From the NCBI GenBank assembly GCA_051859245.1, contig JBHYGA010000001.1, positions 1,725,722 through 1,789,721 on the forward strand: 64,000 nucleotides of DNA, written 5' to 3'. The notes beneath the pieces are model-generated. The model saw only the letters and a list, made by a program, of their open reading frames with translations, was not told the DNA's origin and did not search any database. Positions 52,032 through 59,610 of this stretch are shown piece after piece. How positions within the stretch are numbered: the first letter of the stretch is position 1; the number at the start of each line of letters is the position of its first letter. The position numbers and the translations under genes are program-made. The stretch comes from Gemmatimonadaceae bacterium. Its GTDB lineage: Bacteria; Gemmatimonadota; Gemmatimonadetes; Gemmatimonadales; Gemmatimonadaceae.

Positions 52032-53003
52032 ATGACATCTCCTGAAGCATCTTCCGCGGCGCTTTCCGCACTGGTCGGTGTTCCGTTCACCAAGATGACC
52101 GGTTCGGGCAACGATTTTGTGGTGTTCGACGGACGTGAAGTTTCGTCTGAACTTCTCACGAAACCTGAGGTGATACAGGCTATCTGTAGCCGCACCAACG
52201 GAATAGGCTCTGATGGTATCGTTATTCTCGAACCATCGGATGAGAACTCACCTCTGGACCGGCCGACCTCGGACAAGGTGCCGAGCGAGGCGAGCTCAGC
52301 CGATTTCTCAGGTCGTCCGATCCGGCTAAGGTACTTCAACAGGGATGGTACACTTGGTGAGCTGTGCGGAAACGCCACCTTGTGCAGTACCAACTTCGCG
52401 ATTCTCGCAGGCTTGTCGGCTCCGAATCGCGTATTGCTCGATACGGACGCAGGACGTGTGAGCGCGCGGGTTGCCGACGGCACGCCGGAGATCGACATCG
52501 CACCGGTTGATCAGGTGCTGGAGGAGCTGCCGGCGATCGGTCTGGCGCCGGGTGAGCAGCGTGTCGGCTTCGCGCTGGTGGGCGTTCCGCATGTCGTGAT
52601 CCTCACGAGCGACCTGGCGAATACTGATGTGTTCAATCGCGGCCGGTCAATTCGGCAGGACGCCGCACTGCAGCCAGCGGGCGCGAATGCGAACTGGGTC
52701 GCCCAGCTTCCGGATGGGCGGTGGGCCTACCGAACCTACGAGCGTGGCGTCGAGGACGAGACACTGGCCTGCGGTACCGGTGCGATCGCGGCAGCCATTC
52801 TTCTCACGAGCTGGGGGTTGGCCAGCGGTCCTGTGGAGCTGGTCACGCGCTCCGGAAGGCCGGTTCGGGTGCGCTTCGCTGGGCGTTCACAGGAGTCGGC
52901 GGCGTCTCACCCGAAAGAGGGAGACGCGATCCCGTCCTGGCGCGCGTCGCTTCGGGGTGAGGGTCGGGTCGTGTTCCGCGGCCGAATCGAGGCGCTGGGC
53001 TGA
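52032..53003 (+). CDS. dapF: Diaminopimelate epimerase
   Basis: FTKMTGSGNDF, GIGSDG, N.DG...LCGN, GVPH, TYERGVE.ETLACGTG. Confidence 0.9.
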   Translation: MTSPEASSAALSALVGVPFTKMTGSGNDFVVFDGREVSSELLTKPEVIQAICSRTNGIGSDGIVILEPSDENSPLDRPTSDKVPSEASSADFSGRPIRLRYFNRDGTLGELCGNATLCSTNFAILAGLSAPNRVLLDTDAGRVSARVADGTPEIDIAPVDQVLEELPAIGLAPGEQRVGFALVGVPHVVILTSDLANTDVFNRGRSIRQDAALQPAGANANWVAQLPDGRWAYRTYERGVEDETLACGTGAIAAAILLTSWGLASGPVELVTRSGRPVRVRFAGRSQESAASHPKEGDAIPSWRASLRGEGRVVFRGRIEALG

Positions 53004-53221
53004 ACCTGTGCATTTCTCGCGCCATCGTGCGCGGTTTTTCGACCAACTGTCGTGAGTGCCGAAACGTCCGCATTCTGCGCGAAGGAATGTGGAGAGATCA
53101 GCCTAATACGACGAACGTGACGTCACATCTGAGAGAACACGCGAGCTGAGTGGGCTAACGTGTTGTCCAACAAGGCAGTGCGATCACATGTGCAAAGCGC
53201 AAGTACCGGTGAGCTGGAATG

Positions 53222-53240
53222 TTGTCCACAGTTATCCACG
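53222..53240 (+). promoter_or_regulatory. Two tandem DnaA-box-like 9-mers
   Basis: TTGTCCACA (53222-30) and TTATCCACG (53232-40), each 1 mismatch from TTATCCACA. Confidence 0.4.
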
Positions 53241-53246
53241 CTACTT

Positions 53247-53274
53247 GGTTTACATAACATATATTATCGGCATT
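53247..53274 (-). other. dif: dif-like XerCD recombination site (chromosome dimer resolution; probable terminus)
   Basis: Minus strand AATGCCGATAA-TATATG-TTATGTAAACC versus E. coli GGTGCGCATAA-TGTATA-TTATGTTAAAT (19/28 by hand; ATAA-N6-TTAT core intact); intergenic, at the point where the two gene blocks converge. Confidence 0.85.
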
Positions 53275-53438
53275 CTCTTTGGCCGATAGCGAACCGTAAG
53301 TGTCGTATGATGGGCTGTTGGTGACCCGCTGGTGTCACGTTCCGCCCTCTCGCGTTTGATCACCGCAGATTCAGCTGTAGACGCTTCCAGGAGCCACCTC
53401 CCGACGCGCCCCGACGTTTCGGCGGCTCGGCGCACTCA

Positions 53439-53489
53439 CCAAAACAGAAACCGGGTCGCCTTCGCTCTGCGCGAGTTCGACCCGGTTTC
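53439..53489 (-). terminator. Intrinsic terminator downstream of the TPR gene
   Basis: 12-bp inverted repeat GAAACCGGGTCG (53447-58) / CGACCCGGTTTC (53478-89), followed on the minus strand by TGTTTT. Confidence 0.7.
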
Positions 53490-53546
53490 AGACTGTGCTA
53501 CGATCAGGAATTTCGTACCGTTCGGACGCGATGATCAGCCGACGCG

Positions 53547-54227
53547 CTAGTTGGCCGACGCGCTCGCCTTGAGCTCACCAAGGCGCACCGACGCCTCCTG
53601 CGCATACGGCGATCCTTCCTTCGCGACCATCGCCTCGAACAACGCAATCGCCTCCGCGCGCTTGCCGGCACGCATGAGCGCGCGGCCCTGCGACACCAGG
53701 TTGCCATCACGCTCAAGCTCGGTCGCTGCCGATTCGGCAGCCTTGGCGTACGCTTCCGCGGCCTTGTTGAAGTCAGCCAGCCCTTCGTGGCCGGCGGCGA
53801 TCAGCTGGTCCATGGCGGCGGCGAACTCCTTTGAGGCGCCGGAGCGCGCCGACTCAAGGCGCTCGATCCCTTCCGCAAACTTGCCGGCCTCGAAGTAGCT
53901 CTGGGCGAGCAACAAGACCGCCTGCTCTCCGGCACTGGTGCCGCCGTAGCGCTTGGCCACATCGTCGAGCGCCTTCTGCGCTTCGTCCGTTTTGCCGTCG
54001 GCCAGCGTACCCTGCGCCGTGTACAAGGCGGTCGACGCATTGGCGTTCTTCTTGGCGTCGGAAGCGCGCACGCCGTAGATGCCGAGTCCTACCGCGGCAA
54101 TCACGGCCACGCCGATACCGAGCAGCTTGCCGTTGGACTGCAGCCACATCGTGGCGTTCTCGAGCGGATCGTCAGACGTGATCGCGGCTGGCGCCGTGGG
54201 ATTTACTGGACGCAAAGGCTTCGCCAT
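53547..54227 (-). CDS. YfgM-like membrane-anchored tetratricopeptide repeat protein
   Basis: WLQSNGK followed by one TM helix, then Ala-rich TPR helices (RYGGTSAGEQAVLLLAQSY). Confidence 0.75.
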   Translation of the reverse strand: MAKPLRPVNPTAPAAITSDDPLENATMWLQSNGKLLGIGVAVIAAVGLGIYGVRASDAKKNANASTALYTAQGTLADGKTDEAQKALDDVAKRYGGTSAGEQAVLLLAQSYFEAGKFAEGIERLESARSGASKEFAAAMDQLIAAGHEGLADFNKAAEAYAKAAESAATELERDGNLVSQGRALMRAGKRAEAIALFEAMVAKEGSPYAQEASVRLGELKASASAN

Positions 54228-54309
54228 GAGTGGACAGCGGATAAGCGGTACATGAAGAATTGAGAGGTCTGCGACGTCTCAATTGCGAAAATCGCTCGGG
54301 TAATCACGA

Positions 54310-54338
54310 AAGATAGCGCTAACCGTCTGTGATGCGAA
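54310..54338 (-). promoter_or_regulatory. Putative sigma70 promoter of the TPR gene
   Basis: Minus strand TTCGCA-N17-TATCTT. Confidence 0.35.
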
Positions 54339-55584
54339 GGGTCGCCCCCTCGCTGCGTGCCACCACGAGTGCGGTGAGCTGGTCGCCCATCACGTTCGGC
54401 ACCGTCCGGGCCATGTCGAGAATGCGGTCCACGCCCAGGATCAGTGCTATCCCCTCGCCCGGGACGCCGACCGTCTCCAGGATCAACACGAGCAGCGGAA
54501 TGGAGCCTCCCGGTACACCGGCCGCGCCAACCGCGGTGATCACCGACATCACGATGACGATGAGCTGGCTGGTCAGGCTCAGCTCCACGCCGAAGACCTG
54601 CGCCAGGAACAGCACCGTCATGCCCTCGAAGAGCGCGGTGCCATTCATGTTCATGGTGGCACCGAGCGGCAGCACGAACGACGCGATTTCTTTTGGCACC
54701 CCGAACTGTTCTTCGGCCGTGCGAATATTCTCGGGCAGCGACGCGTTCGAACTCGACGTGGAAAACGCCGTCACCATGAGCCCTCGGCATTTGCCAAAAA
54801 ACTGCCGATACGGAATACCCACAAAGAACTTCGCAATCGAACCCGTCACGCCAAACAGCTGCAGTGACAAGCCGAGCAAGACCGTCCCCACATAGAGCGC
54901 GAGCGTTTGCAGTACGTCGGCACCAAAGCGCACGGTCACACCGAAGATCAACCCGGCCACGCCGTACGGCGCCAGCTTCATGGCGTAGCCGATGATTCGC
55001 GTGACCACATCAACAAGCCCTTCAAGCACCGCGATGATTGGTCGCGATCGCTCCTGACTGATCTGCGTGAGCGCCACGCCGAACACGAGCGAGAAGAAGA
55101 TCAGGCCGAGCATATCGCCGCGCGCGGCCGAGTCGACAGGATTGCGCGGCACAATATTGACGAATGTTTGAACGCCAAACTCGGCGCCCCCGCCCACTCG
55201 GGTCTCTGCTTCGCCGGAATATTGCGCGAGCAACTGCGTGCGGACTTCAGGCGAAAGCGATTTTCCGGGCCCGATGACATTGACCAACGTCAGCCCAATC
55301 AGCGCGGCAAAGGCGGTGGTCAGAAAGAAGAAGCCCATCGCTTTACCGCCAATGCGACCGATTCGACTCAGGTCGCCGAGCGATGCCACACCGAGGGTGA
55401 CGGAACCGAAGATGAGCGGGACGACGATCATAAAGAGCATGCGCAGAAACACCTGCCCTACCGGCGTCGCGACGTTCTCGACAATCCAGAGCAACTGCGG
55501 CGCGTCAGCGAAGAAGGTCTTGGACGCAATGCCGGCGGCGGCCCCGAGCGCGAGGCCGAGCATGATCTTGTTATGTAATTTCAC
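54319..55584 (-). CDS. Dicarboxylate/amino acid:cation symporter (GltP-like)
   Basis: FLRMLFMIVVPL, AFSTSSSNASLP, PLGATMNMNGTAL, GAAGVPGG, GVDRILDMART. Confidence 0.94.
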   Translation of the reverse strand: MKLHNKIMLGLALGAAAGIASKTFFADAPQLLWIVENVATPVGQVFLRMLFMIVVPLIFGSVTLGVASLGDLSRIGRIGGKAMGFFFLTTAFAALIGLTLVNVIGPGKSLSPEVRTQLLAQYSGEAETRVGGGAEFGVQTFVNIVPRNPVDSAARGDMLGLIFFSLVFGVALTQISQERSRPIIAVLEGLVDVVTRIIGYAMKLAPYGVAGLIFGVTVRFGADVLQTLALYVGTVLLGLSLQLFGVTGSIAKFFVGIPYRQFFGKCRGLMVTAFSTSSSNASLPENIRTAEEQFGVPKEIASFVLPLGATMNMNGTALFEGMTVLFLAQVFGVELSLTSQLIVIVMSVITAVGAAGVPGGSIPLLVLILETVGVPGEGIALILGVDRILDMARTVPNVMGDQLTALVVARSEGATLRITDG

Positions 55585-55634
55585 TTCGTACGGGCGTCGG
55601 ATGAATGCAGGACGTGCGGCCGAGTGCAGCGTCT

Positions 55635-55663
55635 AACCTATAATCGGGTACGGCTCGCACCAA
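55635..55663 (-). promoter_or_regulatory. Putative sigma70 promoter of the symporter
   Basis: Minus strand TTGGTG-N17-TAGGTT. Confidence 0.45.
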
Positions 55664-55730
55664 GCATTTGCTGCACATCCAATGCGCATGCCCTCAACAT
55701 CTCGCCCGAACGACGCATCCTGATAGTCTT

Positions 55731-55756
55731 CGCGGCGCGTCTTACGTGACGCCGCG
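55731..55756 (-). terminator. GC-rich hairpin downstream of tRNA-Arg
   Basis: CGCGGCG (55731-37) / CGCCGCG (55750-56) inverted repeat; no U-tract. Confidence 0.35.
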
Positions 55757-55780
55757 CTGACGCACGCGCGTAACACAAAG

Positions 55781-55854
55781 TGCCCCCGAGAGGAATCGAA
55801 CCTCCGGCCAACGGTTTAGGAAACCGCTGCTCTATCCAACTGAGCTACGGGGGC
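55781..55854 (-). tRNA. tRNA-Arg (anticodon CCT); CCA not encoded
   Basis: Reverse complement GCCCCCGTAGCTCAGTTGGATAGAGCAGCGGTTTCCTAAACCGTTGGCCGGAGGTTCGATTCCTCTCGGGGGCA folds into a cloverleaf with GTTCGA T-loop. Confidence 0.96.
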
Positions 55855-55888
55855 GTGCACCAACGGATACGGCAACGAACGAACTCAA

Positions 55889-55917
55889 AAAATAGCGTCG
55901 TCGCCCTACTCCACCAA
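55889..55917 (-). promoter_or_regulatory. Putative sigma70 promoter of tRNA-Arg
   Basis: Minus strand TTGGTG-N17-TATTTT. Confidence 0.45.
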
Positions 55918-56454
55918 CCACACCGCGTCCATGCGCCGCTCACCAAGCGCATCGCGTCCCTGCAAAAATCCGAGTTCCATCAGCACGGACACACCGACCA
56001 CCACCCCGCCCTGTCGCTCAACCAGCCGACACGCGGCGGCGGCAGTCCCGCCCGTCGCCAACACATCGTCAACCACAAGCACTCGGCTGCCCGGCGTGAT
56101 CGCATCGATGTGAATCTCAAGCGCATCGTCACCGTATTCCAGCGCGTAGCTCTCGCGTGAAGTACGCCAGGGCAGCTTGCCTGGCTTGCGTACCGGAACG
56201 AACGCGGCGCCCAGCCCAAGCGCCATCGGCACACCGAAAAAGAAACCACGGCTCTCCACAGCCACGACATGCGTCACACCGTGATTCGCATACGGGGCTT
56301 GCATGGCGTCGATCACATCGCGCAACAGCGCAGCGTCGGCAAGCAGTGGCGTGATGTCCTTGAACTGAATACCAGGCTTGGGGAAATCCTGCACATCACG
56401 AATGGCCAGCTGCACGCGCGCAACGAGCGCCGAAGACGCGGAAGGGTTTGACAT
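55906..56454 (-). CDS. apt: Adenine phosphoribosyltransferase
   Basis: DFPKPGIQFKDITPLL, ESRGF, RKPGKLP, YALEYG, VDDVLATGGT. Confidence 0.96.
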   Translation of the reverse strand: MSNPSASSALVARVQLAIRDVQDFPKPGIQFKDITPLLADAALLRDVIDAMQAPYANHGVTHVVAVESRGFFFGVPMALGLGAAFVPVRKPGKLPWRTSRESYALEYGDDALEIHIDAITPGSRVLVVDDVLATGGTAAAACRLVERQGGVVVGVSVLMELGFLQGRDALGERRMDAVWLVE

Positions 56455-56751
56455 TTATCTGAGAATCGTGAATGACTCGGGCAGTGGCGTGCTGGGCGGG
56501 ATCGTTTCTTCGATGCGCTCGACGGCGGCACCCGGCGGTCCGTCGTAGAGCAGCGCCCGCAGCTTGGCAATGGTGGTCTCCGCACCACTGGCGTGCACTT
56601 CCACCGAACCGTCTTCACGATTGCGAACGGTACCGCGCACGCCGAGACGTCGCGCCTGATCGCGCACAAACCAACGGAAGCCAACACCTTGCACGCGACC
56701 ATACACCACACACGACAAGCGACCGCGATGCGACAGCGAACGGTCGCTCAC
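56455..56751 (-). CDS. Acylphosphatase
   Basis: GRVQGVGFRWF, GTVRNREDGSVEV, GPPGA.V; GTG start at 56751 inferred. Confidence 0.92.
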   Translation of the reverse strand: MSDRSLSHRGRLSCVVYGRVQGVGFRWFVRDQARRLGVRGTVRNREDGSVEVHASGAETTIAKLRALLYDGPPGAAVERIEETIPPSTPLPESFTILR

Positions 56752-56834
56752 GAGCGTTCCACACGGGACGTTCGCGTTAGATTCGCGCGATGTAAGGTGT
56801 TGCTGCGGCACATCCCTGCATTTTAGCGTGCCGC

Positions 56835-57728
56835 TTACGGTCGCGCACCCAAGAGAGATGCAAGCGCCGCCGCCAGCGCCGCGGCATCGCCACGATCAGC
56901 AACAAACCCTGGGACCTGCAGCTCTCCGCTGCGCAGTCGCCGTGCGATGGACTCAAGCGACGCCGCGGCGGCCTGCTGATCACCAGTCGGCAGCGGCGGC
57001 GGCGACATTGGAGCGGGCGGCTCACCAAAGGCGCGGGCCCACTCGGTCTCAGCGGCCATATCGCGAGCGCCCGAGTTTGGCAGCGCCGGCATGATGTCCA
57101 TCCACGCGTCGTCATCCTGCCACGGCGTATGCGACACGGTCGGCACGGGGGGCATGGGCGTGGGCGCACTGACGGGCTCTTTGGACGCCGCCGCGAGCTC
57201 CTCGGCGAGCCGCGCGATATGCTCGCTGACATCGGCGATAGCCCACGCATCGTCTGCCGCAGGCTGTTCTGGCGTCGCAGGCTCCTCCTGCCCCTCGCCC
57301 TCCGTGGCCAGGTGCTCCGGCGCGAGGTACTCCGCTGCGGCATCCTCCATCACCGACGCCTCGAACGACGCCTCAAACGACGGCTCGAACGACGCCTCTT
57401 CGACTGCAGTGGCCTCGATCATTGGCGCGAAGGACGCCTCTTCGAGGGCCGCAGCCTCGATCATGGGCTCGTACGACACCGACTCGGCCCCCGCGTACGA
57501 ATCGTCGGCAAACGCTTCAATCCACGGCAGCTCAGCGTCGTCAGGCGCACTCGGCTGCGCGATCTCGAGCGCCTCGGCGGGACCACGCACGTGTTCGGCA
57601 GTGCGCCAGCTCGGCGGCACGAATGGTGTGCTCAGCGCAGCCGACGCGACTCGCGGTAGCTCCGCCGGAGACGCTACCGGTGCAGCGTATGGTGGCAACA
57701 ATGACGACCGCTCAGGATTGGAAGACAT
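56835..57728 (-). CDS. Hypothetical acidic Pro/Glu/Asp/Ala-rich, probably disordered protein with helical C-terminus
   Basis: Open frame fills the pcm-acylphosphatase gap in operon orientation; ATG 57728 chosen. Confidence 0.7.
   Translation of the reverse strand: MSSNPERSSLLPPYAAPVASPAELPRVASAALSTPFVPPSWRTAEHVRGPAEALEIAQPSAPDDAELPWIEAFADDSYAGAESVSYEPMIEAAALEEASFAPMIEATAVEEASFEPSFEASFEASVMEDAAAEYLAPEHLATEGEGQEEPATPEQPAADDAWAIADVSEHIARLAEELAAASKEPVSAPTPMPPVPTVSHTPWQDDDAWMDIMPALPNSGARDMAAETEWARAFGEPPAPMSPPPLPTGDQQAAAASLESIARRLRSGELQVPGFVADRGDAAALAAALASLLGARP
57357..57474. repeat. In-frame intragenic tandem repeats (12-bp units plus an imperfect 42-bp duplication)
   Basis: tcgaacgacgcc-type 12-mers (SFEP/SFEA) and 57391-57432 / 57433-57474 GACGCCTCTTCGA...GCCTCGATCAT (PMIEA...EEASF twice). 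Confidence 0.75.
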
Positions 57729-57804
57729 TTCACACTCGGGCTGACGATCGACGTGGGCCATTCGCTGCTCGCACCGCGCGAGCGAGAGAACAACAACCGG
57801 TGCT

Positions 57805-58464
57805 TCAGCCAGGTGGCCAGCCACCGGCTCCAATCAAGGGGACGAATCGGACCGGGGTGATGTCACGGCGTTCTAGCTGGCCGCCCCGTTTTGTGAAGAC
57901 CGCAAGTACCTGCTCGTCCCGATCGCCAATGGGCAGGAGGAGCCGCCCGCCCTCGGCCAGTTGCGCTTCGAGCGCCGGCGGAACGTGAGGCGCCCCGGCG
58001 CCCACCACGATCCCGTCGAACGGCGCATAGTTGCTCCACCCAAGCGTTCCGTCGCCCAGCAAGAGGCTGACGTTGCGCACACCAAGTTCGCCGAGCAGGG
58101 CACGAGCACGTTCGAGCAGCGTACTCACACGCTCAATCGAAAACACCTGCGCCGCCAGCTCGGCCAGCAGCGCGGTCTGGTACGCCGACCCGGTACCAAT
58201 CTCGAGCACTCGCTCCGAGCCGGTGAGTTGCAGGAGCTCAAGTGCCCGCGCATGCACATACGGCTGCGATATGGTCTGACCTGCGCCAATCGGCAATGCG
58301 GCGTCTTCGTAGGCACGATGCCGCGTGGACTCCGGCACGAACTTGTGGCGCGGCACCATGTCGATGGCCCGCAGCACGGCCAGGTCCTTGATGCCCTTGT
58401 CCTGGAGCGTTTCGATCAGGCGCCTGCGCGCGCCGCTAAAGCCCGGCTCTACAGCTCGCGCCAC
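57805..58464 (-). CDS. pcm: Protein-L-isoaspartate O-methyltransferase
   Basis: VPRHKFVP, AYED.ALPIG.GQTISQP, VLEIGTGS.YQ, APFD.I, FVPL. Confidence 0.96.
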   Translation of the reverse strand: MARAVEPGFSGARRRLIETLQDKGIKDLAVLRAIDMVPRHKFVPESTRHRAYEDAALPIGAGQTISQPYVHARALELLQLTGSERVLEIGTGSAYQTALLAELAAQVFSIERVSTLLERARALLGELGVRNVSLLLGDGTLGWSNYAPFDGIVVGAGAPHVPPALEAQLAEGGRLLLPIGDRDEQVLAVFTKRGGQLERRDITPVRFVPLIGAGGWPPG

Positions 58465-59207
58465 CAGTCCGCCGACGCATCGAGCTGATCGCGATGCGTG
58501 AGATCGAGATGCAACGGTGTGATCGACACATAACCATCAGCAACCGTGGCAAAGTCTGAGTCCGCCGGCCCGCTCCACTCCACCGAGCCGCCACCGATCC
58601 AGAAGATCTCGCGCCCCCACGGGTCCTTCATGCGCGTGATTGAATCGGAGAAGACGCGACGACCGAGGCGTGTGAGTTTCACGCCCTTGATCTGTGATGC
58701 TTCGAGCGCCGGCATGTTCACGTTGAGAATTGTGTCACGCGGAAATGCCGGGAGTGATGTGAGATGCGCGATGATCTCGCGCAGCAATCCCACATGCGAG
58801 TCGAGCAACGCATCGGCACGCAGCACAGTGCCGGCAAAAGACACGGCGATTGACGGAATGCCAAGCGCGAGTCCTTCCATCGCGGCCGCGACGGTGCCCG
58901 AGTAGAGCACGTCTTCGCCCATGTTGGCGCCATGGTTGATGCCACTGATGACAAAATCCGGGCGCTCGGTCATGAGCGCGCCCACACCAATGAGCACGGA
59001 ATCAGTGGGCGTGCCATCGACCTGCCAGCGACGTTCGCCAAGTCGTACCGGGCGCAACGGATGATGCAGCGTGAGCGAATGACTGGTCGCGCTCTGTTCA
59101 CGATCCGGCGCCACCACGTACAACTCACCGAGTGTTTCGCACGCACGTTCAAGCACGCCGAGACCGCGTGCGAGAATACCGTCATCGTTACTGAGCAGAA
59201 TACGCAT
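58449..59207 (-). CDS. surE: 5'/3'-nucleotidase SurE
   Basis: ILLSNDDG, APDREQSATSHS, GTPTD, SGINHGANMG, YSGTVAAA. Confidence 0.97.
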   Translation of the reverse strand: MRILLSNDDGILARGLGVLERACETLGELYVVAPDREQSATSHSLTLHHPLRPVRLGERRWQVDGTPTDSVLIGVGALMTERPDFVISGINHGANMGEDVLYSGTVAAAMEGLALGIPSIAVSFAGTVLRADALLDSHVGLLREIIAHLTSLPAFPRDTILNVNMPALEASQIKGVKLTRLGRRVFSDSITRMKDPWGREIFWIGGGSVEWSGPADSDFATVADGYVSITPLHLDLTHRDQLDASADWWREL

Positions 59208-59208
59208 G

Positions 59209-59610
59209 TCAGACGCTGGAGTTCGGATTGGAGGCCGGCTGTGTCACAGTACTTCGCAGCGGCGCATCGAGCAATGATTGCAGCGACAGCAACTCGCGTT
59301 CCAACGCCTCGACGCTTTCGAGTTCGAGCGCCGCGCGTGCCGACGCCTTGAGCTGCCCGCCGCGTCGATGTTCATCGAGCTTTTGTCGTGCCCCATCGAT
59401 GGTGTATTTCTCCACGTACAGCAACTGCTTGACCAACAGGATCAACTCAACTTCGCGTCGCGCGTACACGCGATTGCCTGAGCGATTCTTCGCGGGACTG
59501 AGCACCTTGAACTGGCTCTCCCAATAGCGGAGCACGTGTGGCTTGAGCTCCGTGAGATTGCACACTTCACCAATGGAGTAGAACTCCTGAACGGGCTCGC
59601 CCTTAAGCAT
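59209..59610 (-). CDS. MerR-type HTH protein
   Basis: YSIGEV..LTELKPHVLRYWE..F..L.P.K.RSGNRVY; LLY..KYTIDGAR. Confidence 0.9.
   Translation of the reverse strand: MLKGEPVQEFYSIGEVCNLTELKPHVLRYWESQFKVLSPAKNRSGNRVYARREVELILLVKQLLYVEKYTIDGARQKLDEHRRGGQLKASARAALELESVEALERELLSLQSLLDAPLRSTVTQPASNPNSSV

Noticed and set aside
53004..53546. Intergenic region as oriC (DnaA-like boxes plus an AT-rich patch)
   Set aside because: The AT-rich patch is itself the dif-like site, flanking genes converge rather than diverge, and no dnaA/dnaN/gidA/parAB genes are nearby
55585..55780. Genomic island integrated at tRNA-Arg
   Set aside because: No duplicated tRNA 3' end or integrase seen downstream; flanked by ordinary genes
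55780..56160. 126-aa + strand ORF
   Set aside because: Antisense to tRNA-Arg and apt
57357..57474. Short repeats as a CRISPR array or contingency locus
   Set aside because: Imperfect, in-frame (multiples of 3) coding repeats with no spacers and no cas genes
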